A stretch of DNA of 64,000 bases from an uncultured delta proteobacterium (GTDB lineage: Bacteria; Desulfobacterota; SM23-61): positions 23,380 to 87,379 of the forward strand of contig CAVXFA010000054.1 in assembly GCA_963760605.1 (NCBI GenBank), in the 5' to 3' direction. A program made the position numbers and the translations under genes. Each line of letters opens with the position of its first letter. Position 1 is the first letter of the stretch. Below, one piece after another: positions 28,983-39,140 of the stretch. Below the pieces are notes generated by a model that was given only the letters and a program-made list of their open reading frames with translations, was not told where the DNA came from and did no database searches.

Positions 28983-29771
28983 TTATGTAGCGTTGGGGGA
29001 TTTGGATTGAAAAATAACCGTTTCCAAAAAGTTGGCTACTTTTTTTATATCCCGCGCAGCGGTCGATTGCGGGGCATAGGCAGTTACCGGGACCCGCTCC
29101 CGGGCTGCTTCAGTAAATTTCAGGTCCTCCCGGACCATGACCGGCATTAAAAATTTCCCATAAAACTCTTCCAGAGCTTTCTTATTTTCACGGTCTAAGG
29201 CCCGATGGCTATTTACCCTATTCATTAAGATCCAGATCATGTCAAAAGAATATTTGTAATTTTTGCAGGTTTTATCCAAGAAAGTATATAGACTCTTTAG
29301 GCTGAGGTAGGAAAGGAGGTCCGGTAATACCGGGGTGATAAGAATTCTGGCAGCGAACAAAGCCACGTAAGTGGATAATGTCAAGTTGGCTCCCAAATCG
29401 ATGATAACCATGTCATAAGGAAAGGGGTATATGGCTTGGAGGGCATCCTTCAATTTCCATTCCCTCCAGGGTTTGGAGAGTAAGGCAGAATTCAAATAAA
29501 AATGATCTTCGGTTGCCGGAATTAAAAAAAGATTGGGATGGGAAGTGGGAACAATGGTTTCCAAGAGGGGCTGCTCATGGATTAAGGCATAATATAGCTT
29601 GGTTTGTCCTTTGCCTGGCCTTCCTTTAAATAGGTGGGTTAAGTGGCCCTGAGCATCCATGTCTATCATCAATACCCGATGGCCTTGCTCGGCCAAGATC
29701 CAACCTAATGAGCTACTGAGGGTAGTCTTCCCCGTCCCTCCCTTAATACTAAATAGGGCAATTGAATTCAT
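28983..29771 (-). CDS. ParA/Soj-family ATPase (orphan)
   Basis: KGGTGKTT deviant Walker A, IDMDAQG, DMVIID. Confidence 0.88.
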   Translation of the reverse strand: MNSIALFSIKGGTGKTTLSSSLGWILAEQGHRVLMIDMDAQGHLTHLFKGRPGKGQTKLYYALIHEQPLLETIVPTSHPNLFLIPATEDHFYLNSALLSKPWREWKLKDALQAIYPFPYDMVIIDLGANLTLSTYVALFAARILITPVLPDLLSYLSLKSLYTFLDKTCKNYKYSFDMIWILMNRVNSHRALDRENKKALEEFYGKFLMPVMVREDLKFTEAARERVPVTAYAPQSTAARDIKKVANFLETVIFQSKSPNAT

Positions 29772-30415
29772 AACTCAGATCACTGATTGAACGAATAAAA
29801 TCCTATCATACCGCACGATCAAAGATCAATGCATTTTTTTAAGAACCCTGATATTCCCCATCCCTCTTATTTTACGACCCAATGATTATTCAGCGTTTCA
29901 GGAAGGAGGTCGTCGACGATAAATAACGCGATCTTTCACCCTGCCAAGTATAGGATAAAGGCGCTCTTGTGTCAACGGGAAAGGCCTCTGGCTGTCTAAC
30001 CCTTCAAGGTCTCCTCCTCTGTTGTTGCCGGGGCGGCAGGGGAATGAGGGAAAACAAAATCGGCCTGGGATTCCGGCTCTCCCGTATATCGCCCCCCGGC
30101 CCTAAAAGGATTACTCATTTGGCGGGTTCCAATCCGAAAATATTTTCTTGATATGAAGGCGGAGAGAATGATAGATTATCAATCGCTAATTCAGGTAAAA
30201 CCTATGCTCTCACGCCCCACCCATCAAGGGGGGAATCACAGAGGCGCAAGCTGCCCAAACTTATTTCGATAGCCAATGGTTTCCTTGATAAACGTCTCGC
30301 GCGAATCTCGCGCGCGATCCGGTCATGGAAGGTGCTCTAAAACCCCTCATAGCAATGAGGGGGAAAAATCTGAGCCTGAAGGCAATGTTTCATGAGGAGA
30401 GAAAACAGAGGAGTT

Positions 30416-31399
30416 ATGAATTTAAACCAAATCAAAAGAATCGCTGTCGTCGGAGCGGGGATCATGGGGCACGGTTGCGCCACGCTCTTTGCCCAAAAAG
30501 GGTTTTCGGTACACCTCCAGGACATCGATCAAGATCTCCTGAAGAAGGCCTACGCTCAGATCGCCGTCAACCTGGATACCTTCGTGGAACACGGGTTGAT
30601 CAGTAAAAAGGGGAGAGCGGAGGCTCTGGAGAAAATCATAACGACCCCGGACCTGCAGGAGGCGGCGGGAAAGGCCGATTTTGTGCTGGAGGCCGTCCCC
30701 GAGGTCCTTGAACTGAAGAAAGAGGTATTTGAAAAACTGGATCGAATCGCCCCTCCCCGTGCCATCTTAGCCTCTAACACCTCAGCTCTGAGCATCACCG
30801 AGATCGCATCGAGAACCCAGAGGCCACAGAAGACGATCATCATTCATTGGGTCAACCCGCCCCATATCATCCCAGTCGTCGAGATTGTCCGCGGGGAAAA
30901 AACCTCCGATGAGACTGCAGAATTGAGCTACGGTCTGATGCTAAAGCTGGGCAAAAAGCCTGTGCGGATTCTGAAAGAAGTCCCCGGATTCCTCTTCAAC
31001 CGCCTGCAGCTCGCCCTTTACCGGGAGGCCCTGCACTGCCTGGAAACGGGGGTGGCTACGGCAGAAGACATCGACCTGGTCGTGAAAGCTGGCTACGGGT
31101 TTCGCCTGGCTACCTTGGGGCCTTTGGAGACCAGTGACTTTGGCGGCCTAGAGACATTTTTGCGAGTCTGCCAAAACCTCTTTCCGCACCTCGATGCCTC
31201 CCAGGAGCCACCCCTTTTGCTGAAAAGGCTGGTGGCGGAGGGAAAGCTGGGAGTAAAAACAGGTGAGGGTTTTTACCGGTATCCCTCAGCCGTGATTAAG
31301 AAAAAATTTCAGGAGCGAGACCGCCGTTTACTCCAACAGTTGAAGCTTTTCAATGCCCCCCGCGGGAGTAGCAAACCAAGGAAAAGGAATATTGCTTGA
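30416..31399 (+). CDS. 3-hydroxyacyl-CoA dehydrogenase family protein
   Basis: VGAGIMGHG, EAVPE, SNTSAL, PGFLFNRLQ, GKLGVKTGEGFY. Confidence 0.9.
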   Translation: MNLNQIKRIAVVGAGIMGHGCATLFAQKGFSVHLQDIDQDLLKKAYAQIAVNLDTFVEHGLISKKGRAEALEKIITTPDLQEAAGKADFVLEAVPEVLELKKEVFEKLDRIAPPRAILASNTSALSITEIASRTQRPQKTIIIHWVNPPHIIPVVEIVRGEKTSDETAELSYGLMLKLGKKPVRILKEVPGFLFNRLQLALYREALHCLETGVATAEDIDLVVKAGYGFRLATLGPLETSDFGGLETFLRVCQNLFPHLDASQEPPLLLKRLVAEGKLGVKTGEGFYRYPSAVIKKKFQERDRRLLQQLKLFNAPRGSSKPRKRNIA

Positions 31400-31428
31400 C
31401 GCAGCGGGCAAAAGAAAGAGGCTTTTGA

Positions 31429-31454
31429 CTCTTGGCTCTCTGCTCTTAGCTCTT
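31429..31454. repeat. 7-nt-unit pyrimidine-rich array, complementary to 33576-33606
   Basis: CTCTTGGCTCTCTGCTC pairs with GAGCAGAGGGCTAAGAG. Confidence 0.55.
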
Positions 31455-31482
31455 CGCCCTTTTTCTAAAGAGGGAGATCCCC

Positions 31483-32259
31483 ATGCCTGACTATTCTCAA
31501 ATCGACCGCTCCCCGCTCATTGGTTTCCTTTTTTATCCACGACGAGATTTTACCCCCTGTCCGCAAGGAGCGTTTGATTTCTTTGTGCCAGTTGATCAGG
31601 GAGTTTCCATCTCCTGCCGCTTCTATTTAAGGGATAAAGCCTGGCCTCAGATTTTATACTTTCACGGTAATGGAGAAGTGGTCAGTGACTATGATGAAAT
31701 TGCCCCGTTTTATCACGCGAGAAGAATCAATCTCATCGTCGCCGACTTTCGCGGGTACGGTGCCAGCGATGGCTCCCCAACGTTTACAAACCTGGTGCAA
31801 GATGCTCACCGCATCCTGGGGGCGGTGAAAGAAGAACTTTCCCAAAAAGGTATTCCCCCGGATTTATGGGTCATGGGGAGATCGATGGGGAGCCTTTCTG
31901 CCCTGGAGCTTGCGGATCATTATCCGAATCAAATGAAAGGGCTGGTGGTCGAAAGCGGATTTGCCAGTGTGACCAGGCTTATCAAGCACCTGGGCTTGCC
32001 GGCCCACGGGATCGACTTAGAACCCATCGAACAGGAACGAATGAACAGGATCCGCAAGATCTCCGTGCCGGCCTTAATCCTCCACGGAGAGTTTGATAAC
32101 CTTGTACCCTTGCAAGAGGCCAAGGATTTATATGAAAATCTGGGTACAGCGCAAAAGAAATTAGTCATTATTCCAAAGGCTGACCATAATAACATCCTAT
32201 TTGCAGACCCGGAACAGTATTTTGGCGCGATTCAGAAATTTATTGAGACGATGAAATAA
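31483..32259 (+). CDS. Alpha/beta hydrolase
   Basis: YFHGNGE, GRSMG nucleophile elbow, HGEFD, ADHN. Confidence 0.88.
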   Translation: MPDYSQIDRSPLIGFLFYPRRDFTPCPQGAFDFFVPVDQGVSISCRFYLRDKAWPQILYFHGNGEVVSDYDEIAPFYHARRINLIVADFRGYGASDGSPTFTNLVQDAHRILGAVKEELSQKGIPPDLWVMGRSMGSLSALELADHYPNQMKGLVVESGFASVTRLIKHLGLPAHGIDLEPIEQERMNRIRKISVPALILHGEFDNLVPLQEAKDLYENLGTAQKKLVIIPKADHNNILFADPEQYFGAIQKFIETMK

Positions 32260-32274
32260 TAAAATCATTTTTGA

Positions 32275-32303
32275 TTGACAAGATTCAGTTCCTCAATTAA
32301 CCT
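32275..32303 (+). promoter_or_regulatory. sigma70-type promoter for fprA
   Basis: TTGACA-N17-TAACCT. Confidence 0.5.
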
Positions 32304-32376
32304 CAAAGTTGGCCTGTGCCTTTGAGCTTATGGTTGCAGAGACTCGCTCTGCAATTTTTCATACAAGGAGGGATCC

Positions 32377-33567
32377 ATGGTAACCGAATTGACCAAAGGG
32401 ATTTACTGGGTGGGTGTTGTGGATTGGGGGCTGCGGCATTTTCACGGCCATGAGCTGTCCACGCACCGGGGATCGACCTACAACTCTTACCTGATTGTCG
32501 ATGAAAAAATCGCCCTGGTGGACACGGTTTGGGGACCCTTCCAGGACCAACTTATCGAAAACATCCGCGAGGTCGTTGATCCGGCAAAGATTGACATCGT
32601 AGTTGCCAACCATTCGGAGGTCGACCATTCCGGCAGTCTTCCAGCGGTCATGCGTCATACTCCCGAGGCAACTCTCGTTGTCTCGACCCGGGGGGAGGAA
32701 AGCGTCGAAGGACATTTCCATCAGCCCTGGAAATTCAAAAAGGTTAAGACCGGAGAGAAGATTAACATCGGCAGTAGTGACTTGGTTTTTATCGAAGCAC
32801 CGATGCTCCATTGGCCGGACAGCATGTTCACCTATCTCACGGGTAGGGACATTCTCATGCCCAACGATGCTTTCGGACAACACTATGCTTCCGCTTTTCG
32901 CTTCAACGACCAGGTCAACCAGGAGGAGTTATATGAGGAGGCGATCAAATATTACGCCAACATCCTCACCCCTTTCAGCAATCTCGTTATAAAAAAGATC
33001 GAAGAGGTCGTGGCGCTGAACCTGCCGGTAAAGATGATCGCACCCAGTCACGGGGTGATTTGGCGAAAAGACCCACTCCAGATCGTAAAGAAGTACCAGG
33101 AATGGGCCGCCCAGGTACCGGAAAAGTCCGCCGTCGTCCTGTACGACACCATGTGGGAGGGCACGCGGCAGATGGCCGAGGCGATCGGCGACGGTCTGGC
33201 TGCTGCAGGACTTCCCTACAAAATGTTTCACATGGCCGTCTCGGACCGTAATGATGTCCTTACGGAAATATTTAAGGCCAAAGCTGTTGTCATCGGATCG
33301 CCGACTTTAAACCAGGGGATCCTGCCAACTATCGCCCCCGTACTGGAAGATATCAAGGGATTGAAATTCCAGAACAAGATCGGCGCGGCCTTCGGGACGT
33401 ACGGCTGGAGCGGTGAAGGGGTGAAAGTCATCGAGGAACATTTTAGCCGCTGTAAGATCCCGGTGGTGGCCCAGGGGGTGCGCGCCAAGTGGCAGCCGAA
33501 GCCAGCGGAGTTGGCCGAGTGCCAGAAGCTAGGGCGCACCGTTGCCCAGGCCGTAAAGTCGAGCTGA
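32377..33567 (+). CDS. fprA: Flavodiiron protein (class A, O2/NO reductase)
   Basis: HSEVDHSG, HWPDSM, DAFGQH, PSHG, flavodoxin domain with GWSGEG. Confidence 0.92.
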   Translation: MVTELTKGIYWVGVVDWGLRHFHGHELSTHRGSTYNSYLIVDEKIALVDTVWGPFQDQLIENIREVVDPAKIDIVVANHSEVDHSGSLPAVMRHTPEATLVVSTRGEESVEGHFHQPWKFKKVKTGEKINIGSSDLVFIEAPMLHWPDSMFTYLTGRDILMPNDAFGQHYASAFRFNDQVNQEELYEEAIKYYANILTPFSNLVIKKIEEVVALNLPVKMIAPSHGVIWRKDPLQIVKKYQEWAAQVPEKSAVVLYDTMWEGTRQMAEAIGDGLAAAGLPYKMFHMAVSDRNDVLTEIFKAKAVVIGSPTLNQGILPTIAPVLEDIKGLKFQNKIGAAFGTYGWSGEGVKVIEEHFSRCKIPVVAQGVRAKWQPKPAELAECQKLGRTVAQAVKSS

Positions 33568-33575
33568 AAAATACG

Positions 33576-33616
33576 GAGCAGAGAGCAGGGAGCAGAGGGC
33601 TAAGAGTAGAAGAGTG
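33576..33616. repeat. 7-nt-unit purine-rich array (GAGCAGA)
   Basis: gagcaga gagcagg gagcaga gggctaa gagtaga after the fprA stop. Confidence 0.6.
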
Positions 33617-33722
33617 AATCACCCCTTCGCTCCACGTTTTGAAGTCTTTGCTCTTAGCTCCCCGCGAGTCGTTTGTTTCAAGGAGCGATGGCTATTTTCC
33701 AGGCATAGAAAGGAGGGGAACC

Positions 33723-34031
33723 ATGATTCATGTGATTGCCACGATCGAGCTGGGAGAAGGGAAACGGAATGATTTTTTAAAAATATTTCATCCGCTGGTG
33801 GACAAAGTAAAGGCCGAAAAGGGTTGTCTGGAATATGGGCCCAACATTGATATTCCAACCAGCATCAAAGCCCAGATCCCGTTGCGGGATAATGTCGTTA
33901 CCATTGTTGAAAGATGGGCCGATCTTAAGGCCCTGGAAGAACATCTACGCGCACCCCACATGCTGGCCTATAGAGAAGAAGTAAAGGGCATGGTGGTCGG
34001 CATTAAACTACAGGTTTTGCAACCTGCCTGA
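33723..34031 (+). CDS. Putative quinol monooxygenase (ABM/YgiN family)
   Basis: MIHVIATI, EKGCLEY, ERW..L.EHL.APHM. Confidence 0.85.
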   Translation: MIHVIATIELGEGKRNDFLKIFHPLVDKVKAEKGCLEYGPNIDIPTSIKAQIPLRDNVVTIVERWADLKALEEHLRAPHMLAYREEVKGMVVGIKLQVLQPA

Positions 34032-34046
34032 ATCAATCCCGGGGCC

Positions 34047-34349
34047 TCATTTTTTCCCGAGGGTATCTTGCATGTATGCTTCCCACTCCATGGGGAGGAG
34101 GTACTTTTTTTTACTGTTGCACTCCTTACAAACCGTGACCACGTTCCCCCGGGTGGTCTTGCCCCCGCGAATCAGCGGGACGACATGATCCATGCTTAAT
34201 GCGGCAGGCGGGAAGCGGCGTTGACAATAATGGCAGATGCCCCGCGCCAGCCGCTGCTTCCACCAGCGGCTCTGGCGCAGGACTCTGGCCTTCTCCCGCT
34301 CCTTTTTAATCTCCTCTTCACTTACCTGAATCATGAAGGGCTCAGGCAT
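34047..34349 (-). CDS. Small HNH endonuclease
   Basis: CHYC, MDHVVPLIRGG, NVVTVCKECN. Confidence 0.85.
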   Translation of the reverse strand: MPEPFMIQVSEEEIKKEREKARVLRQSRWWKQRLARGICHYCQRRFPPAALSMDHVVPLIRGGKTTRGNVVTVCKECNSKKKYLLPMEWEAYMQDTLGKK

Positions 34350-34771
34350 GTTCCCATCTTCCCTTCCGCCGACCCTAAAGCCCGCGAATGATCTGACCGC
34401 TTTCTCGAACGTCTTTCTGGAATCCACCCAATGGATTTTAATACGCCGGCACCCCCGGATCAATAAGATTTTGATCCTTGCCTCCCCTTGCTTTACACTC
34501 GACAGTAGACCAACCCTTTTCTCCAAAGCCGTCAGAAGGCCCGGCGCAAGGTCCTTGTGCTCGTCTCTCTCCCTTTCGCCTGGGCCAGGATAAAGAGGAA
34601 GCCCAAAAGTGCAGGGAGGCAAGGATCATGAAAAATTTTTATCTTGAAAAAACCCTTTTTTTTGAGGTATAAGGTTTTCATGAATAATGGGAGAATGCTG
34701 AGCAAGAAATGCGAAAAAATCTTCTGTAAATTTTAAAAGGGAGTGCGTTCCCCCAAAAAAGGAGGATCCTG

Positions 34772-36439
34772 ATGGAAAAACCATGGTACAAGTCTTATGC
34801 CCAGGGTATCCCTTCCACCCTCGATTATGAAAATACAAAGATGACGCAGGCCCTTAGCCGATCCGCCGCGGAGTTTCCAAACAACAGGGCTCTAATTTTC
34901 CTCGATGCCAAGATATCTTACAAGCAGTTGAATGACATGGCCAACCGTTTCGCCAATGCCCTGATTGACCTGGGCGTAAAACCGGGGGACAAAGTTGCCA
35001 TGCTCCTGCCCAATATGCCGCAGCTTGTTGCTGCCACATACGGCGCCTGGAGAGCCGGGGCGGTGGTGGTGATGAACAACCCTCTCTACACGGATAAGGA
35101 ATTGGAGTATCAGTTCAATAATTCCGAATCGTCCCTCCTCGTTACCCTCGATCTTTTGGGCCCGCGGATGATTGCTCTGAAGCCGAAAACCCAGATTAAA
35201 AATATCGTGATCGCTCACATCCGAGATCATCTAAGTTTCCCCAAGAAACAGCTCTTACCGATTGTGGCCAAGGATAAGCATAGAAATATTCCCCCCCAAC
35301 CCAACGTTTATGAATGGCTGAACCTTTTGCAGAAATATCCCCCCCAGGACCCCAGAACTCCGGTTGATTTTGAAAGCTTGGCCTCGCTTCAGTATACAGG
35401 AGGAACGACAGGGGTCAGTAAAGGGGTGATGCTTACGCACGCAAATCTTTCCAAAAATGTGCAGCAAATCGTGGCTTGGTTCCCCGGTTTTCATCGAGGC
35501 GAGATTAGTCAACTGGGGGTTCTTCCAATGTTTCATTCCTTCGGATTAACCTGTTGTATGAATCTTTGCATCTGGATGGGGTGGACCGATGTGTTGATTC
35601 CCCGCCCGGAACCCCAAGCGATCCTGGAAGCCGTTCATAAATACAAGGTGAACTTTTTTCCTGCGGTTCCCACCATGTTTGTGGGCGTGCTCAACCACCC
35701 AAAGCTTTCCCAATATCGCTTAACTTCCGTCAAGAGCTGTTTTTCCGGGGCGGCTCCTCTTCCTGTGGAAGTGATTAAAGACTTTGAAGCCCGGACCGGT
35801 TCGCAGATATGCGAGGGATACGGACTTTCTGAAAGCAGCCCGGTCGTGACGATCAATCCCTTCGGCGGGAAGACCAAAGTCGGGTCCATCGGTCTCCCGG
35901 TTTCCGGTACCGATATCAAGGTTGTCGACCTTATCGAAGGGACAAAGGAGATGCCCGTAGGCGAACCAGGAGAAGTCATTATTAAAGGGCCTCAGGTAAC
36001 CAGCGGATATTATAAGATGCCGGAGGAGACAGCGATCGCCATCCGGGACGGATGGCTTTATACTGGGGACATTGGCAAGATGGATGAAGATGGATACTTC
36101 TATATCGTAGATCGAAAAAAAGATATGATCATTGCCGGAGGATATAACATCTATCCTCGAGATATTGACGAGATCCTTTTTGAACACCCCAAAATACTGG
36201 AAGCATGCGCGGTAGGGATTCCGGACCCATATCGTGGGGAGACCGTAAAAGCCTTTGTGGTTTTGAAACCGGGGGAAAAGATGACCGAAGAAGAGGTGAT
36301 AAAGTACTGCGGGGAAAAGCTGGCCAAATATAAGGTCCCCAAGATGGTGGAATTTACGAATTCCTTGCCCAAGAGCGGGGTGGGCAAAATTCTTCGGAAA
36401 GAGTTGCGGGCCAGGGAACTGGCCAAAAAAAAGAATTGA
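34772..36439 (+). CDS. fadD: Long-chain-fatty-acid--CoA ligase
   Basis: YTGGTTGVSKG, EGYGLSE, YTGDIG, LPKSGVGK. Confidence 0.9.
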   Translation: MEKPWYKSYAQGIPSTLDYENTKMTQALSRSAAEFPNNRALIFLDAKISYKQLNDMANRFANALIDLGVKPGDKVAMLLPNMPQLVAATYGAWRAGAVVVMNNPLYTDKELEYQFNNSESSLLVTLDLLGPRMIALKPKTQIKNIVIAHIRDHLSFPKKQLLPIVAKDKHRNIPPQPNVYEWLNLLQKYPPQDPRTPVDFESLASLQYTGGTTGVSKGVMLTHANLSKNVQQIVAWFPGFHRGEISQLGVLPMFHSFGLTCCMNLCIWMGWTDVLIPRPEPQAILEAVHKYKVNFFPAVPTMFVGVLNHPKLSQYRLTSVKSCFSGAAPLPVEVIKDFEARTGSQICEGYGLSESSPVVTINPFGGKTKVGSIGLPVSGTDIKVVDLIEGTKEMPVGEPGEVIIKGPQVTSGYYKMPEETAIAIRDGWLYTGDIGKMDEDGYFYIVDRKKDMIIAGGYNIYPRDIDEILFEHPKILEACAVGIPDPYRGETVKAFVVLKPGEKMTEEEVIKYCGEKLAKYKVPKMVEFTNSLPKSGVGKILRKELRARELAKKKN

Positions 36440-36465
36440 GGGATTGAGGATTTCCTGAATTCAAT

Positions 36466-36990
36466 TCATTTTTCAATAATCTTTACCTTTATCTCAATTC
36501 TTTCGAGGGGATTATCCATTCTATCTCTAGGCTGGCTGACGATCTTGTCTGCCACGTCCATCCCCGAAATGACCTCACCGAAAACGGTATAATTTCCATT
36601 CAGGCGAGGGGCGTCTGCCGCACAGATGAAGAACTGCGAACCGGCACTGTCAGGGTTTTGCGACCTGGCCATGGAAAGGGTTCCTCTTTTGTGCGGTTTC
36701 TCATTAAACTCAGCCTTTAACGAATACCCGGGCCCGCCGTACCCATGCTTGGAGCGATCCGGGTTTTTTGAGGTGGGATCTCCCCCCTGAATCATGAAGC
36801 CGGGGATTACCCGGTGGAAGGTCGTCCCGTCATAAAATCCCTTTTGGGCCAGCTCGATAAAGTTTTTCACATGATTGGGCGCCACTTCGGGAAAAAACCG
36901 GAGTTCGATATTGCAAAACTTCGTCTCGATCACCGCACTTGTTTCGGACATTTTTTGCATCTCCTCGGGGGTGAATTTTTTGCTTACCAT
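36466..36990 (-). CDS. Cyclophilin-type peptidyl-prolyl isomerase
   Basis: FHRVIPGFMIQGGDP, SMAR..PDSAGSQFFI. Confidence 0.92.
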   Translation of the reverse strand: MVSKKFTPEEMQKMSETSAVIETKFCNIELRFFPEVAPNHVKNFIELAQKGFYDGTTFHRVIPGFMIQGGDPTSKNPDRSKHGYGGPGYSLKAEFNEKPHKRGTLSMARSQNPDSAGSQFFICAADAPRLNGNYTVFGEVISGMDVADKIVSQPRDRMDNPLERIEIKVKIIEK

Positions 36991-37145
36991 TTCTGCCAGA
37001 CTAAAACTCGTAAATTAGCTTGCCCTTGCCGGTCTTGGAAACCGCTGCATCTTCAATGGAAGCAGTTTTTGATGACAGTCACCCTCTGAAACTTTGGCTT
37101 AAGCTGACATGCGCCCCCAGCAAACCTCAATAACAGGGATGAATA

Positions 37146-37293
37146 TATTAGTCAGTCCCTAATTATATAGACACCGAAGACCAAATCCCTCCTTCCCTCC
37201 CTTTACAAAAGGGAGGAATTTCCCCTCTTTGGAAAAGAGGGGTCAGGGGAGATTTTGGAAGAATATGTCTGGTCAATTATGGACTCCTTAGTA
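37146..37293. mobile_element. 148-bp MITE, TA-bounded, copy 2 (inverted relative to 13617-13764)
   Basis: Near-identical reverse complement of copy 1. Confidence 0.8.
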
Positions 37294-37355
37294 AGTGAGG
37301 ATATCAAAGTCATATCAAAACATTTTGGAAAGCTGGCAAAGTGCAGATATATAGC

Positions 37356-37474
37356 GAGTCTGTCGAAAAAGCCAGAATTTGACATTTTTGGCGCATTCTG
37401 CGGCCTATAAGTTATGGATTTTTTTCAATGTCAAAATCCATAAAATTCGCCGGTTGGACTTTTTCGACAGGCTC
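37356..37474. mobile_element. 119-bp MITE with 16-bp TIRs
   Basis: GAGTCTGTCGAAAAAG ... CTTTTTCGACAGGCTC (15/16), flanked by AGC on both sides. Confidence 0.65.
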
Positions 37475-37530
37475 AGCAGTAATCGCAATCCTTAGGCGAT
37501 CATCCTGTGTCTATAATTTCTCTACGGGGT

Positions 37531-37806
37531 TCAGGGACACTTAAAAAACAAGGTATTTTTGACCGCATTCTTTCCATCAAAATAAATTGGAAGCCCTTCC
37601 GCAGACCAAAATGAACCCCGGGTCATTTTCATCGCTTGCACGTGAATGTGCGGTTGAATTGTCCATCCCGAATTACCTACTTTCGCAATCGGCTGCCCTG
37701 TTTCAACCCTTTCGCCGGCTTTTACCTGAATACTCCCCTCCTGTAAATGCCCCATCAATACCAAAAAGTCTCCAGATTGAATAACAAAATGTAGATGTGC
37801 TGCCAT
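37531..37806 (-). pseudogene. C-terminal fragment of an M23-family peptidase
   Basis: GHLQEGSIQVKAGERVETGQPIAKVGNSG..PHIH, with no N-terminal HxxxD region. Confidence 0.6.
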
Positions 37807-37871
37807 CCTGCCAGAAAAGAGACCCGCTCAGAAGGGTGGCTTGCTGCAGATCTGATCTCGCTATCGCAGCT

Positions 37872-39140
37872 TCAAGTGATTTGAATAAAGAGCATTATAT
37901 TTAGAAACGAAACAATGACTGCGATAATCCCCAGGAAGATTTTCTCCCCCAGAGAGCTAGTAAACTGACCCATCACCTTTGCTGAAAAAGTGAGAAAAAT
38001 CAGTGAGAAAATAGTCCAGGGAAGCTGAATACTCAAAATAATCTGGCTCCAGATCAGACCCCGAAAGGGGTCCCGAATGAAAAAGATAATAAGGAATGCA
38101 CCGCAGAGAGTGAGAATCATACCTGCGCGGGAATGACTGTCGGATAAGTCAACGGGTTCCCGAAACATGCCTGCAAAGATGCATCCTCCTGCCATGGCCG
38201 CTGTAATGGACGATGCCAAACCGGCAAAGACCAAAGCGAATGCAAAAACAAGGGCGGCAGCCGACCCTAAAATCGGTTTCAGGGTTGCCTGAGCCTGAGG
38301 TAGTTCGTTCACGGTGATTCCCTGAGAATAAAAGACCGAAGCGGCCACAAGGATCATAGCACTATTGATCATCCATCCAACAAACATCGCGAAAAGGGTG
38401 TCCATGAATTCGAATTTTAACTGCTTTCTGATGACTTGCTCTTCCTGCAGATTCCACTGTCGGCTCTGAATGATCTCAGAGTGCAGAAACAGGTTGTGAG
38501 GCATGACCACCGCCCCCAAAATACTCATCAAAATGGGGAGGGAACCGGATGGAAGGGAAGGTACAAACCAGCTCTGCACGGCATCTTTCCATGAAATCTT
38601 CACCAGAGCCAGTTCGAACAAGAAGCAGAGACCTATTAGGGAGACGAAGCCTATGATCCATTTTTCCAATTTCCTATAACGATTGCTAAAAAGTAGGTAA
38701 GCCACCAACAAGATTGAAAAGATTGCCCCAATAGGCAGCGGTAAACCAAAAAGCATGTTTAATCCTATGGCGGCACCCAGAATTTCTGCCAAAGCTGTAG
38801 CAATGGCCGCCCCGACTCCGCTTAAGAGGAATATTTTACTTACCCATTTTGGGTAATATTTTGAACAGGCTTCTGAGAGACAAAGTCCGGTAACAATTCC
38901 TAGATGGGCAGCGTTGTGCTGAAGGAATATGAGCATAATCGTAGAAAGTGTAACCACCCAAAGAAGTTTATATCCATAGGCGGATCCAGCTGATAAATTG
39001 GAAGCCCAATTCCCGGGATCGATAAATCCCACCGTAACTAGCAATCCGGGGCCGATAAACCTAAGAATTTCTAGGCGGTGTAAATTAGGATGATGTTTTG
39101 AAAAAATCTTTCTCCAAATTCGTAGTATAGGGTTTATCAC
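37872..39140 (-). CDS. mntH: Nramp-family divalent metal transporter
   Basis: GFIDPGNW and MPHNLFLHS signature motifs, ~11 TM helices. Confidence 0.88.
   Translation of the reverse strand: MINPILRIWRKIFSKHHPNLHRLEILRFIGPGLLVTVGFIDPGNWASNLSAGSAYGYKLLWVVTLSTIMLIFLQHNAAHLGIVTGLCLSEACSKYYPKWVSKIFLLSGVGAAIATALAEILGAAIGLNMLFGLPLPIGAIFSILLVAYLLFSNRYRKLEKWIIGFVSLIGLCFLFELALVKISWKDAVQSWFVPSLPSGSLPILMSILGAVVMPHNLFLHSEIIQSRQWNLQEEQVIRKQLKFEFMDTLFAMFVGWMINSAMILVAASVFYSQGITVNELPQAQATLKPILGSAAALVFAFALVFAGLASSITAAMAGGCIFAGMFREPVDLSDSHSRAGMILTLCGAFLIIFFIRDPFRGLIWSQIILSIQLPWTIFSLIFLTFSAKVMGQFTSSLGEKIFLGIIAVIVSFLNIMLFIQIT

Noticed and set aside
29772-30415. Structured RNA in the long parA-dehydrogenase intergenic region
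   Set aside because: No convincing extended pairing, terminator or known motif could be identified by eye
34047-34349. HNH gene as a defence or homing element
   Set aside because: Small stand-alone HNH among housekeeping genes, with no partner genes or intron context
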